From Methanobacteriota archaeon (GTDB lineage: Archaea > Thermoplasmatota > Thermoplasmata > SG8-5 > DAIRED01), in assembly GCA_043799545.1 (NCBI GenBank), contig JAZDNO010000014.1, positions 22,795 to 86,794 of the forward strand: DNA of 64,000 nt, written 5' to 3'. This document shows, in pieces, positions 30,058 to 40,193 of this stretch. The notes beneath the pieces were generated by a model. That model did not search any database. It worked only from the letters and a program-made list of their open reading frames with translations, and was not told the origin of the DNA. A program made the position numbers and the translations under genes. Numbering within the stretch: position 1 is the stretch's first letter; each line of letters begins with the position of its first letter.

Positions 30058-33033
30058 ATGGCACAACCAGGGCTCAATGGGAACGGCGACCGCGAGCCCC
30101 AGCCGAGCGCGCACCACGACCTGATGAAAATCAGGGTCAGCGAGATACTTCTCGTGTCCAGCCTCTACGACGCCTTCATCCTCGAGGAGGACGGCCTGCT
30201 GTCCGAACAGATATCTGGCGAATACCAGGAGTTCGCCCTCTCTTCCCCGCCGCGCGTGAGCCGGGTCTCGGCGGCGAAGGAGGCGCTCGTCGAGATGGGC
30301 GCGAGGCGCTTCGACATGGTAATCACGATGGCGAGGCTCTCGGACATGAGCCCGACCGAGTTCGGGGAGCGGGCCAAGGCGCTTCAGCCAGGCATCCGCG
30401 TCATCATGCTCATCACCGAGCCGGGGGACCTACCGCACTACCACATCCCGGGGAAGGGCGGGCCGATAGACAAGGTGTTCTATTGGACCGGGGACGCCGG
30501 CCTGTTCCTAGCCATAACCAAGTACGTGGAGGACATGGTCAACGCCGAGGCGGACGTGGCGAGCGGCTTTGTGAAGGTCATAATCGTAGTCGAGGACTCT
30601 CCCAGATTCTATTCCGTGTTCCTTCCCATACTATACACCGAGATAATGCGCCAGAAGAACGCCCTCCTCTCGGAAGGGCTGAACGAGGCCGACAAGACCC
30701 TGCGCAGGCGCTCGAGGCCGAAGATACTGCTGGCGGAAACGTTCGAGGAGGGCAAGGCGCTGCTGGAAAAGTACCGGGGGAACGTCCTCGGCCTCATCAC
30801 GGACGTGGACTATCCCATGGAAGGCAGGAAAACTGAAGGGGCTGGGCTCTTCCTGATTGAGATATCGGAGCCAGGGCTCCCCACGATTGTTCAGTCCTCA
30901 AAGCCGGAAAACCGCGCGAAGGCCGAAAGGCTCGGCGCCAAGTTCCTCGACAAGAACTCGGACACGCTGCTGGAGGACCTCAGGACCTTCTTCAAGGAGC
31001 GCCTCGGCTTCGGAGATTTCGTGTTCAGGATGAAGGACGGGACCGAGGTGGCCAGAGCGTACGACGTCAGGGACCTGACTGAAATCGCGGAAAGGGTTCC
31101 GGCCGAGTCCCTGAAGATGCACGGCGCCGCGAACCAGTTTTCAAACTGGCTGCTGGCAAGGGGCGAGGTCACCCTGGCGGCGAAGCTGAGGCCGAAGAAG
31201 GTCTCCGATTTCGCAAGCGACGAGGAGCTGAGGCACTTCCTGGTGGACGCGTTGCTGGAGGCGAGGCGGGAGAAGCTCCTGGGTGTGGTGATAGACTTCT
31301 CCCAGCAGACGTTCGAGTTCCGCGAGACGTTCACGCGCTTCGGAGGGGGCTCGCTCGGCGGGAAGGGACGCGGGCTGGCGTTCCTCGCGTCGCTGATACA
31401 CAAGAGCGGCGTCCGCGCCGCGAGGCCGGACTGGCGGATAAGGATACCGGACACCCTCGTGATCGGCACCGAAGAGTTCGACAGGTTCGTCTCGACGAAC
31501 GGCCTGGGTTCACTGAGGAAGACGAGGACGAAGGACCCGGAGATCGCGGCCAAGTTCCTCGCCGGCGCGATGTCCGGCGAGCTGGAATCCGCGCTCAGGA
31601 CATACGCCGCAAACGTCGATTGCCCTGTGGCCGTGAGGTCATCCAGCCTCCTCGAGGACTCCCAGAACCAGCCCTTCGCGGGGATATACTCGACCTACCT
31701 GCTGCCGAACAACCATCCCGACAGGGAGGTCCGCCTGGCCCAGCTCACGTCGGCCGTGAAGCTCGTCTACGCGTCGGCTTTCTTCAAGGCTGCGAGGGCG
31801 TACATCCAGACGACCATCGGCACAGTCGAGGAGGAGCGGATGGGGGTGGTCATCCAGAAGCTCGTCGGCAACTCCCACGGAAGCAGGTTCTACCCCCTGT
31901 TCTCCGGAGTCGCCCAATCATACAACTTTTATCCAGTGCCGCCGATGTCCAAGGACGACGGCATAGCCAGCGTCGCCCTCGGCCTGGGGCGCACGGTCGT
32001 CGAGGGCGGGAAATCGCTGTCCTTCTCTCCGAAGCATCCGGCTGCAATACCGGCGCACTCGTCCCCCGAGGAGATACTGGCGAATTCCCAGGATAAGTTC
32101 TTCGCCATAGACATGAGCCGGACAGAGTTCGACCTCACGCTGGGCGACGACGCGACCCTGACGAGGCTGGACATCTCCGACGCCGAGGGCGACGGTGTGT
32201 TGGACCAGCTCGCCAGCACATACGACACCGCGGACCACCGCTTCAGGGACGGCGTGGGGTACGACGGGCCGCGCGCCATAACGTTCGCGGGCGTGCTGAG
32301 GCACGGCCACATGCCTCTCGGGGAGATTCTGTCAGAGCTGCTGGACATGAGCAAGGACGGGATGGGCAGGCCGGTCGAGATGGAGTTCGCCGTCGCTGAA
32401 GACCCCGAGGGTTTTTTGGAGTTCCACCTCCTCCAGATTCGGCCGATGGTCTCGATGAAGGAGCGCTCGCAGGTCGTTATCGACGCCTCCGCAGAGGGCG
32501 ACCGGGTGCTGGTGGCAAGCAACAGGGCGCTCGGCAACGGTGTCCTCGACGGCATCTCCGACGTCGTGTACGTCCCGCCGTCGCTGTTCGACAGGACGAA
32601 GACGAAGGAGATTGCGGACGAGATCGGGCGCCTGAACGAGTCCATGGCGGGGAAGCCTTACGTCCTCATCGGGCCGGGGCGCTGGGGCACGCGGGACAGG
32701 TTCCTCGGGATACCAGTCGAATGGGACCAGATATCGAATGCCAGGGCGATAGTCGAGGTGGGGCTGGAAGATTTCAGGATAGACCCGTCGCACGGCTCGC
32801 ACTTCTTCCACAACATCACGGCTCTCGGCATACCTTATTTCAGCGTCCCCTACGGCTCGGAGCTGTCCAGGGTCGACTGGGGGTGGCTGGAGGGGCAGCC
32901 GGGAACGAAGGGCCGCGGTTTCGCGCGACACGCGAGGCTGGCCGGGCCGCTCGTGGTCAAGGTGGACGGGCGCAGCGGAACGGGGGTCGTGCTGAAGCCA
33001 GCCGGGAAATCGCAGGGGGCGGCCGCGCATTAG
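30058..33033 (+). CDS. PEP-synthase/PPDK-like ATP-grasp protein A with N-terminal receiver-like domains and C-terminal His motif
   Basis: ILLVSSLYDAFILEEDG, GSLGGKGRG, VAVRSSSLLED, FAGIY, GPGRWG, GSHFFHN; TTTTTATA ~26 nt before ATG 30058. Confidence 0.85.
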   Translation: MAQPGLNGNGDREPQPSAHHDLMKIRVSEILLVSSLYDAFILEEDGLLSEQISGEYQEFALSSPPRVSRVSAAKEALVEMGARRFDMVITMARLSDMSPTEFGERAKALQPGIRVIMLITEPGDLPHYHIPGKGGPIDKVFYWTGDAGLFLAITKYVEDMVNAEADVASGFVKVIIVVEDSPRFYSVFLPILYTEIMRQKNALLSEGLNEADKTLRRRSRPKILLAETFEEGKALLEKYRGNVLGLITDVDYPMEGRKTEGAGLFLIEISEPGLPTIVQSSKPENRAKAERLGAKFLDKNSDTLLEDLRTFFKERLGFGDFVFRMKDGTEVARAYDVRDLTEIAERVPAESLKMHGAANQFSNWLLARGEVTLAAKLRPKKVSDFASDEELRHFLVDALLEARREKLLGVVIDFSQQTFEFRETFTRFGGGSLGGKGRGLAFLASLIHKSGVRAARPDWRIRIPDTLVIGTEEFDRFVSTNGLGSLRKTRTKDPEIAAKFLAGAMSGELESALRTYAANVDCPVAVRSSSLLEDSQNQPFAGIYSTYLLPNNHPDREVRLAQLTSAVKLVYASAFFKAARAYIQTTIGTVEEERMGVVIQKLVGNSHGSRFYPLFSGVAQSYNFYPVPPMSKDDGIASVALGLGRTVVEGGKSLSFSPKHPAAIPAHSSPEEILANSQDKFFAIDMSRTEFDLTLGDDATLTRLDISDAEGDGVLDQLASTYDTADHRFRDGVGYDGPRAITFAGVLRHGHMPLGEILSELLDMSKDGMGRPVEMEFAVAEDPEGFLEFHLLQIRPMVSMKERSQVVIDASAEGDRVLVASNRALGNGVLDGISDVVYVPPSLFDRTKTKEIADEIGRLNESMAGKPYVLIGPGRWGTRDRFLGIPVEWDQISNARAIVEVGLEDFRIDPSHGSHFFHNITALGIPYFSVPYGSELSRVDWGWLEGQPGTKGRGFARHARLAGPLVVKVDGRSGTGVVLKPAGKSQGAAAH

Positions 33034-33868
33034 GTGCTTCTTCGTCTCCGATTTGCACGGCGAGGCCAGCAAGTACGCCGCGCTCTTCAGGGTTGCGACG
33101 GCCGAGCGCCCGGACGCGGTGCTTCTGGGGGGAGACCTGCTACGACATGGGCACGGCGCGGGTGCGGAGGCGTTTCTTCGGGACGAGCTGATTGAGCCCG
33201 CCAGGAGGCTCGCCGGCAGCGGAACGAAGCTATTCGTCATAATGGGGAACGACGACCCGCGCGTGCACGAGCGCGCCCTGCTGGAGGCGGACGCCGGGGG
33301 CGTCCTGAGCTACGTGCCGGAGAGGGCGGTCAGGCTCGGCGACCTCTACATTGCTGGCTATCCGTACGTGCCTCCGTCGCCCTTCCAGCTCAAGGACTGG
33401 GAGCGCTACGACGTCTCGCGGTTCGTGGACCCAGGATGCGTTTCGCCGGAGGAGGGGCGGCGCAGCGTCCCCGCCGACCCGGACGCCGTCAGGAGGGAGA
33501 CAATCAGGGACGATCTCGAAAGGCTGGCCGCGCTTTCGCCCCCGGAAAGGACCGTCTACCTCTTCCACGTTCCGCCGTACCGCACGAAGCTGGACCGCGC
33601 GGCCCTTGACGGCGTCTCGTACGACCACGCGCCGCTGGACGTGCACATAGGCTCCATCGCCGTCCGCGAATTCATCGAAAAAAGGTCGCCTTTCCTCACG
33701 CTGCACGGCCACGTACACGAGTCCCCAAGGCTCGCGGGGGCCTGGCGCGACATTGTCGGGCGCACGTGCGCTTTCTCGGCGGCGCACGACGGGCCCGAGC
33801 TTGCGCTCGTCAGGTTCGACACGGAAAAACTCGACGGGGCGACGAGGGAATTGCATCCTACTGGATGA
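33029..33868 (+). CDS. Calcineurin-like metallophosphoesterase; start codon non-canonical or uncertain (ATT 33029)
   Basis: SDLHG, GGDL, MGNDD, HVPP, LHGHVHE motifs. The first motif begins upstream of the track's TTG 33053. Confidence 0.85.
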   Translation: MRCFFVSDLHGEASKYAALFRVATAERPDAVLLGGDLLRHGHGAGAEAFLRDELIEPARRLAGSGTKLFVIMGNDDPRVHERALLEADAGGVLSYVPERAVRLGDLYIAGYPYVPPSPFQLKDWERYDVSRFVDPGCVSPEEGRRSVPADPDAVRRETIRDDLERLAALSPPERTVYLFHVPPYRTKLDRAALDGVSYDHAPLDVHIGSIAVREFIEKRSPFLTLHGHVHESPRLAGAWRDIVGRTCAFSAAHDGPELALVRFDTEKLDGATRELHPTG

Positions 33869-33909
33869 GCGTACCTTCGGCTCTTCGCTCCCTTTGCTCG
33901 ATAATCAAA

Positions 33910-36900
33910 TCACTCGTACTCGTCTTTTCTGTGCCTGGGGAGCTGCAGCTCCTTCGCCTTGCCATAGACGGAATCGATGTGGGTCGCCCACGAGCCCTTC
34001 TCCTGGATGTCCTTGTCTGTCACGACGTGCACATCCAGGAGCCCGTCGCACTTGTAGCCCGTCCTGACGTAGTTCTCTGCGGCAAGTTTTACGCTCCAGC
34101 CCTTCAGCCAGGCAAGCAAATCCTCCTTCTGGTCCTCCGTGCCTCGGTGATGGACTATCAGGTCTATGTCGCTTCCCAAACCGGCGGTGTATTCCTTGGA
34201 GCTGCCCACGACGTACAGCGCCACGACCCCGTACAATTGCGGGTCCAGCGCATCTGCAATCTCCTTGGCCTTCCCCATCCTCCAGGCGGAGTGGTTCGGC
34301 GGCACGGTGAAGGCCAGCGCCTCGCCGGCGTCCCCGTCCATTATTATCGAGAGCGTGCCGCCCTCCGAGATGTCGGCGACGCGGACGAGCTTGACCACGT
34401 CCGCAATCTTCTCGCATCCTGTGCAGAACTCCGACAGGTGGTTCTCGGATATCTCCAAAAGCTGCTCGTTGAATACTATACCCAGTTCGTCGGGGTACAG
34501 GGGCAGGTACTGGATGCCCGCCTCGACGAGGTCCTGGAAGAAATGGGTCCCGAACGACAGCTCGGGGACGTAGCCCCCCTTGCGCCTGGCGACCTCGATG
34601 AGGAGCGCCGTGTTGTTCAAGTCGCGGTATTGCACGGGCACGCCCAGCTTGATGTCCCCCCGGCTTCCCCACCGGCCTGGCCCCATGAGAATGAACCTGC
34701 GCTTTGGCAACCGCTGGTTCAGGTCCCCTACGGCGTGGGCTACAGCAATCATGTCCTCGCGCTTCTCCAGGGATTCGTATCCCATCGGATTCACGTACAC
34801 TATCCAATCGATGTTGTTGAGGCTTCCCGTGGTGACGTAGCGCCTGGCAGAGAATATCTGCCTGGGCATGGGAATGTCCTTCGGCACCGGGATTCTCTCG
34901 ACCCCGGAGGCCTGGCTCTGCGGCCTGCACTGCAGTATGTGGAGGCTCTTCCCGTCGTGCGCGAATTCCACGTCCACCGGCACGCCGAGCCTCTCCTTGA
35001 GCACTTCCAGCACCTTGCGTATCTGCTTCACGAACTGCGTTCTCTCAATCACACCGTTGAAAGTGACTACGAGCTCGTCGTTCTCCGCGTCGAGCATCAT
35101 GCCGGACGGAGGGATGAGCTGGCCGTCCTTGTGCACCGACGCGATTTTCGTCAGCAGCGGGTAGTCCTTGCCGTGCATGGCGAACACGTCGGCCACATCC
35201 ACGGTCTCTATCCTCAGGGTCTCGAGGTTGATCACGTCCATGCGCCTCTGGGAATAGAGGACCGCCTCGTCGACGAGTGTGTTGACCCGGAGCTCTGGCC
35301 TGTGGGGCGACAGGAGCATCGGGTAGTCGTCCGAGACCCGGTCGACCGCCCGCGTGCCCAGTCCGACCACCAGCCTCAGGATGCCGTCCTCGCGTCTAAT
35401 CCTGTGGGACCAGCGGAACTCGTTGTTGCTGAAGCCCACTCCTGCGAACGCCGGGAAATAGTATGGCCCTACCCTCGTTCCCACGACCTCCTGGATCAGG
35501 ACCCCCATGTCCTCCATGAGGTCGAGCATCCCGCGCTCGCGCCTGTACTCGATGGCGTTCGGCCCGAACGTGGACGCCCAGACTTCCGCGATGGCGTCCA
35601 TGAGGGCGTTCAGGCGCTCCTGCTCCGTGCCGATGTTGGGCAGGAATAGGCTCTTGTACTTTCCAGAGAATGCAGCCCCGAAACTGTCTTCCAGGTGGCT
35701 CGAGGAGCGTACGATGATGGGCTTGCTGTTGAACTCCCTCAGGACGTCGCGCAATTCGGCGATGGTCTCCACCGGGAACGCTGCGTTCTTGAACACCTGC
35801 TCGAGGAACGGCTGCTCCTGGCGTATCTCGTTGGGCTCCATGTACTTGATTTCCGAAACCTCGTCCAGCGCGTTGTAGTGGATGAACTCCCTCATGGTGT
35901 CCGAGCTGACGTACTTGGTGTTGGCGAACGAGATTCCGGACAAATCCGGGTCGGCCTCGATTTCCTTCCTCAGGACCTTCTGGGCCAGGATTATTCCGGA
36001 GGCCTTTCCGCCGAGCTTGCCAACACCCTGGGTTGGCCCGATGGTCTTGTCCAGTATCTCCACGAAATCCTCAACCATGATGAATCTCTTGGCGACGTTT
36101 ATGTATTCCAGCTTCTCGGTGAAGAACCTGCGGATGAGGTTGGTCCTGATGCTGACGTCGTTCTCGGGCGAGAGTATCCTCTCAGCCTCTGGAATCTTCC
36201 AGAAGTGGTTGAGGGCGTCCTTGACCTCCTTCAGGGTCGAACCCATCTTCTCCGCCGTCTGAAGAAGGGTCTTGGCATTGTTCTGTCTTAGCCAGAGGAC
36301 CAACAGCTCCATTATCTCCTGCGAGCTCAGGTTCTGCTGGGCTATCTCGAAGACCCCCTCCTGGAATTTCTCCAGCTCCTTGATGTCGCTCCTCGGGTTC
36401 GGCATGTTGATGCCGCACCATTCCTCGTCCGCCTTCGGCCCGTTAATCGGGCACAGCGACCCCACGAGCGAGTCGAAGCTCACGCTCGTCTTACGGGACA
36501 GGTGGTACATCATCTTCCTGGACACTCTGAGAAGGGTGCCCGGGTCCGTCTTGATTAGCATGTCGATTATGACTTGCCAGTCAGTCTTCGGGACCGGCGT
36601 GGGCTTGTGCGCGGCGTGATGGAACTCCGTTTTCGTTCCTGCCATGATCTCCTTCAGCTGCTTCTGGTAGCGGTTGAGCTCATCGTCGCTCCGGAATTTC
36701 TCCACGAACTTGCACAATCGCTCCGCGATGACCTTCATCAGCTTTCTCTCTTCTTTCAAGAATGGGTCATGGCCCTCGAATTTCACCTTGTCCGAATAGA
36801 ACACCTCTATCTTGCCGACTTTTGTCTCCTCCGTGCAAAGGGCGTACGTTAGGACGTATGGGCCCTCCCTGAAGTTCTGGCTCTTGAAAATGTCCCCGTT

Positions 36901-37128
36901 GACGTGAATCCTGGACGATGCAAATTCCGGAAATTGGAACGCTGGCGGAAGGATGTTGACTATGCCCGTCAGCGCGTCCTTGGGCGACAGCCGCTGCAGC
37001 TCCATTATGTCGGAGATTTCGTAGAGACAGTTTAACTCCTTGAGGCGTTCGTTCAGTTCGTGTGTCTTGCGCTCAAGCTCCTTCCTTTCGAGCTCGCCGC
37101 CGCCTTTCCCGACCTCTGTTCCATCCAT
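33910..37128 (-). CDS. PPDK-like ATP-grasp protein B with N-terminal GAF-like sensor and C-terminal nucleotidyltransferase domain
   Basis: ERLKELNCLYEIS..FLKEERKL; GKLGGKASG; VRSSSHLED; FSGKY; GPGRWG; GTHFFQD; YVVGSSKEYTAGLGSDIDL. Confidence 0.85.
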   Translation of the reverse strand: MDGTEVGKGGGELERKELERKTHELNERLKELNCLYEISDIMELQRLSPKDALTGIVNILPPAFQFPEFASSRIHVNGDIFKSQNFREGPYVLTYALCTEETKVGKIEVFYSDKVKFEGHDPFLKEERKLMKVIAERLCKFVEKFRSDDELNRYQKQLKEIMAGTKTEFHHAAHKPTPVPKTDWQVIIDMLIKTDPGTLLRVSRKMMYHLSRKTSVSFDSLVGSLCPINGPKADEEWCGINMPNPRSDIKELEKFQEGVFEIAQQNLSSQEIMELLVLWLRQNNAKTLLQTAEKMGSTLKEVKDALNHFWKIPEAERILSPENDVSIRTNLIRRFFTEKLEYINVAKRFIMVEDFVEILDKTIGPTQGVGKLGGKASGIILAQKVLRKEIEADPDLSGISFANTKYVSSDTMREFIHYNALDEVSEIKYMEPNEIRQEQPFLEQVFKNAAFPVETIAELRDVLREFNSKPIIVRSSSHLEDSFGAAFSGKYKSLFLPNIGTEQERLNALMDAIAEVWASTFGPNAIEYRRERGMLDLMEDMGVLIQEVVGTRVGPYYFPAFAGVGFSNNEFRWSHRIRREDGILRLVVGLGTRAVDRVSDDYPMLLSPHRPELRVNTLVDEAVLYSQRRMDVINLETLRIETVDVADVFAMHGKDYPLLTKIASVHKDGQLIPPSGMMLDAENDELVVTFNGVIERTQFVKQIRKVLEVLKERLGVPVDVEFAHDGKSLHILQCRPQSQASGVERIPVPKDIPMPRQIFSARRYVTTGSLNNIDWIVYVNPMGYESLEKREDMIAVAHAVGDLNQRLPKRRFILMGPGRWGSRGDIKLGVPVQYRDLNNTALLIEVARRKGGYVPELSFGTHFFQDLVEAGIQYLPLYPDELGIVFNEQLLEISENHLSEFCTGCEKIADVVKLVRVADISEGGTLSIIMDGDAGEALAFTVPPNHSAWRMGKAKEIADALDPQLYGVVALYVVGSSKEYTAGLGSDIDLIVHHRGTEDQKEDLLAWLKGWSVKLAAENYVRTGYKCDGLLDVHVVTDKDIQEKGSWATHIDSVYGKAKELQLPRHRKDEYE

Positions 37129-37134
37129 GCCGTC

Positions 37135-40134
37135 TCAGCCCTCGCAGGCCCCGCCTTTCGCTTCGCCAAAGCCAGGCGCCTTCTTAAGGATTGCCCCTCT
37201 GCCAGTCCTGCCGTCTATCCTCACCTGGACAGGCACCGGCGAGCGCGCGTGCCTCACGTCCCCTTCCTCAGCTACAACCGGAAGGTTATTGAGCCAGTTC
37301 CAGTCGAAATCCTCGGCGAAGCGGGGCTTGATTGTGAAGTAGCCCAGCTTCAGGGAGCTCATGTTCTGGAAGAAATGCGAACCCTGGGACGGGTCTATCA
37401 CCCTTCCGTCCACGGGCGTCTCGACGATGGTCTTGGAGCCGGCTATGTCGCTCCAGATTATCGGTATCCCCAGCCACGGGTCCGTCGAGCCCCACCGGCC
37501 AGGCCCTATCAGGATGTACGGACGACCCTCGTTCATCAGGGTTTTGTTGATTTTTCTTATACATGGCACGACCTGCTGCGAATTCGCCATCTCGAACGTT
37601 TCGGGCTTGACGTAGACGAAATCGACCATGCCGTCCACGATGCCGTTACCCATGACGCTGTCGCTCTGGCAGAGGGTCTGACTTTTGTCGATATCCCCAA
37701 GCTCGACCGTGACGAGGTCGCTCTTGGCCACCATGCTCCTGACCTGGAGGAACTTGAATTCATGAGGCTTCTCCCCCGTCCTGTCCAGGGTGATGGCGAA
37801 CTCAATCTCGACCGGGCATCCCAGGGAGACCTCGCCCATCCTGAGCATCAGCCCCACGATTCTCGCCAGCGGGAACGCATCCCCCTGGAGCATCGGACCG
37901 AAGTCCAGCACGCGCGCCCCGTCCCTTCCAGTGCCCGGATAGAGCCTGTCGCCCTGCGGGTCGTAGGTGGAGACCAGCTCCTCGACGACTCCGTCACGCT
38001 CGGCGTCCTCCAGCTCAAGGTTGACGAGTGTGGCCGCGTCGTCCAAGCCAGTCCTGCCGACTTGGGAGCCCAGTGCAACTCCGTAGAATACCTTCTGAGA
38101 CTGCTTCATCAGCTCGCGCACCGAGCCGTAGTGCGGAACATTGGGATGAAGGGGGCAGAAGCGGAAGGAGACTCCCCCGTCGACGATGGTCTTGCCGAGG
38201 CCCAGGGCCACGTTCGCCATGCCGTCCGTGTTTTCGCACGAGCCGAACGGCCAGTAGTCGTAGGAGCGGGCGACTCCGGATATGTCGGGGTAGAACGCGT
38301 CGCCGTGCTTCGCCCCCGCGACCTCCTGGATGACGACCGCCATGCGTTCGTCCCCGATTTTGCTCGGCGTGGCCTGGATGTAAGACCTGGCCTTCTCGAA
38401 GTACGTCGAGGCGAAAACGAACTTCACGGCGTCGCAGAGATGTTGGAAGCGGTTGTCCGTCTCGTTGGAGCTGTTGGGCAGCATCAGCGATTCATAGACC
38501 CCCGCGAAGGGCTGGAACAGCGCGTCCTCGAGAAGGCTGGACGAGCGGACGCCTATCGGGGTGCGCACGTCCTCCACGAACGAGCGGAGGTCGCCCAGCA
38601 CCGTGATGGGCAGGTCCGCCTCCAAGAAAGCCGCTGCGATGCGGTCGTCGGGCATCGAAGCCAGGTCAAGCTCGAACAGGCGGTTGCTGGCCACGAACTG
38701 CTCGAAGACACCCGTGCAAAGCACAACGGTCCGCGGAATCGAAATCCTCACGCCCGGAAATGTTTCATCGGTGACGTGTGCGGAGATTATCTTGTCCATG
38801 AACGCCAGCCCACGGGCCTTTCCGCCCAGCGCGCCCCCGCCTAGCCTGCTGAAGCGCACGAAGGGACCGTATGATTCGCGCGAGTAGTTCGCTATCGTGC
38901 CCACGTGGCTTTGGGTCTTGTGCTTGGAGATGGCCTCAAGCACGGAGCGCCTCATCGCCTCGCTGTCTTTGCCCGACTCCGAGAACCGCGCAAACTCATC
39001 CGCGAGCTCGAACTCGGTTCTTCCAACTAGCCACGAAACAATCGTCCCGTTCCGCAGGTACCGCTCAAGAACGTCCTTGGGGGCCGTCCAGATTGCCCGT
39101 TCGAGGCTCCAGACGTCTGAGGCCCGGGCTATTTGCCTTCCATCCGCGGCAACGAGGTTGAGCTCCGCCGGGCCGAGCGCCTCCCTGACGAACGCGGCGA
39201 CGTCGTGGACGAGCCTGGGCGAGTCGATGTCCGCGGTTCTCGCATTCGCTTGAGGTGGGCCGCAGGGTCCGCGGCTATTGACCAGCGAGAGTATCGGCAG
39301 ACCCTTCGCCGATTCCTCCAGCGCATCCCTCAGGGTCGTTTTCCCATTGTGGGGCTCTGTTTCGTCCAGCACCGCGCATAGTATCTTCCCGGCATGGCGC
39401 TCAGCCAGCTTCCGGGCTGCGTCGGGGCTGTCGGCCAGCAGCACCTTCGGCCTCCTCCTGACCCTCGCCATCTTCTGCGTGTGCGATATGTCGCCCTGCA
39501 GCAGGGCGTCGGTGTGCTCCCAAATCTCGTCGTAGATTGATGGAAGAATCCCTGAGAGCCTGGACAAGCTGGGTTCGTAGAGCAAGATTCCACGGACACC
39601 GAACGCTGTCGAATCCCGCTCGTAATTCTCGGCGTCCTCCACCGCTTGGACGATTGCCAGGAATACCTTCCCGTCGCCGTGCCAGGTGAAGATGCGGTCT
39701 ATATTATCGCACTCACCGGAGGCGGCCATTCGCGCCAGCTCGGGAGTGTTGTTGGCGAGGTAGACTATCCTCAGCCTCGGCGACTTTTCCCTCGCCCTCC
39801 TGGCGAGGTCCAGCAAGCCAAGGTCCCCGGGCGGGTTGAAGACCACGAGCAGGTCCACCCAGCCCCCGTCGAGAGAGGCGAGCGCCCGCTCCCCGCTCGC
39901 CACGTGCCTCGTCATAGGCACGTAGCCCAGCTCCCTCTGGCCGTAGACCTTGCGGAAAAGCTCGGAGAGCCTGCCCTCCTCCTCCAGCAGGAAGTAATCA
40001 TATGCGGTCGAGACCAGGAGGATGTTCCGGACGCACAGCTGCCCCCATGGCTCGGCCGATGGGAGGCGTTCGCCGGCGGACTTGCCAGTAATCTGGCTAA
40101 GCGCCTCGTCTATCTCCCTGTCGCGGCCCGTCAT
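37135..40134 (-). CDS. PPDK-like ATP-grasp protein C with N-terminal receiver-like domains
   Basis: ILLVSTAYDYFLLEEEG; GALGGKARG; GVRSSSLLED; FAGVY; GPGRWG; GSHFFQN; paralogue of 30058-33033. Confidence 0.85.
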   Translation of the reverse strand: MTGRDREIDEALSQITGKSAGERLPSAEPWGQLCVRNILLVSTAYDYFLLEEEGRLSELFRKVYGQRELGYVPMTRHVASGERALASLDGGWVDLLVVFNPPGDLGLLDLARRAREKSPRLRIVYLANNTPELARMAASGECDNIDRIFTWHGDGKVFLAIVQAVEDAENYERDSTAFGVRGILLYEPSLSRLSGILPSIYDEIWEHTDALLQGDISHTQKMARVRRRPKVLLADSPDAARKLAERHAGKILCAVLDETEPHNGKTTLRDALEESAKGLPILSLVNSRGPCGPPQANARTADIDSPRLVHDVAAFVREALGPAELNLVAADGRQIARASDVWSLERAIWTAPKDVLERYLRNGTIVSWLVGRTEFELADEFARFSESGKDSEAMRRSVLEAISKHKTQSHVGTIANYSRESYGPFVRFSRLGGGALGGKARGLAFMDKIISAHVTDETFPGVRISIPRTVVLCTGVFEQFVASNRLFELDLASMPDDRIAAAFLEADLPITVLGDLRSFVEDVRTPIGVRSSSLLEDALFQPFAGVYESLMLPNSSNETDNRFQHLCDAVKFVFASTYFEKARSYIQATPSKIGDERMAVVIQEVAGAKHGDAFYPDISGVARSYDYWPFGSCENTDGMANVALGLGKTIVDGGVSFRFCPLHPNVPHYGSVRELMKQSQKVFYGVALGSQVGRTGLDDAATLVNLELEDAERDGVVEELVSTYDPQGDRLYPGTGRDGARVLDFGPMLQGDAFPLARIVGLMLRMGEVSLGCPVEIEFAITLDRTGEKPHEFKFLQVRSMVAKSDLVTVELGDIDKSQTLCQSDSVMGNGIVDGMVDFVYVKPETFEMANSQQVVPCIRKINKTLMNEGRPYILIGPGRWGSTDPWLGIPIIWSDIAGSKTIVETPVDGRVIDPSQGSHFFQNMSSLKLGYFTIKPRFAEDFDWNWLNNLPVVAEEGDVRHARSPVPVQVRIDGRTGRGAILKKAPGFGEAKGGACEG

Positions 40135-40193
40135 CCCGGTTGCATCCTCCTCGCGCGAGATGCGTGGCGGGCTGTGCAGTCACGTTCTTGCCT

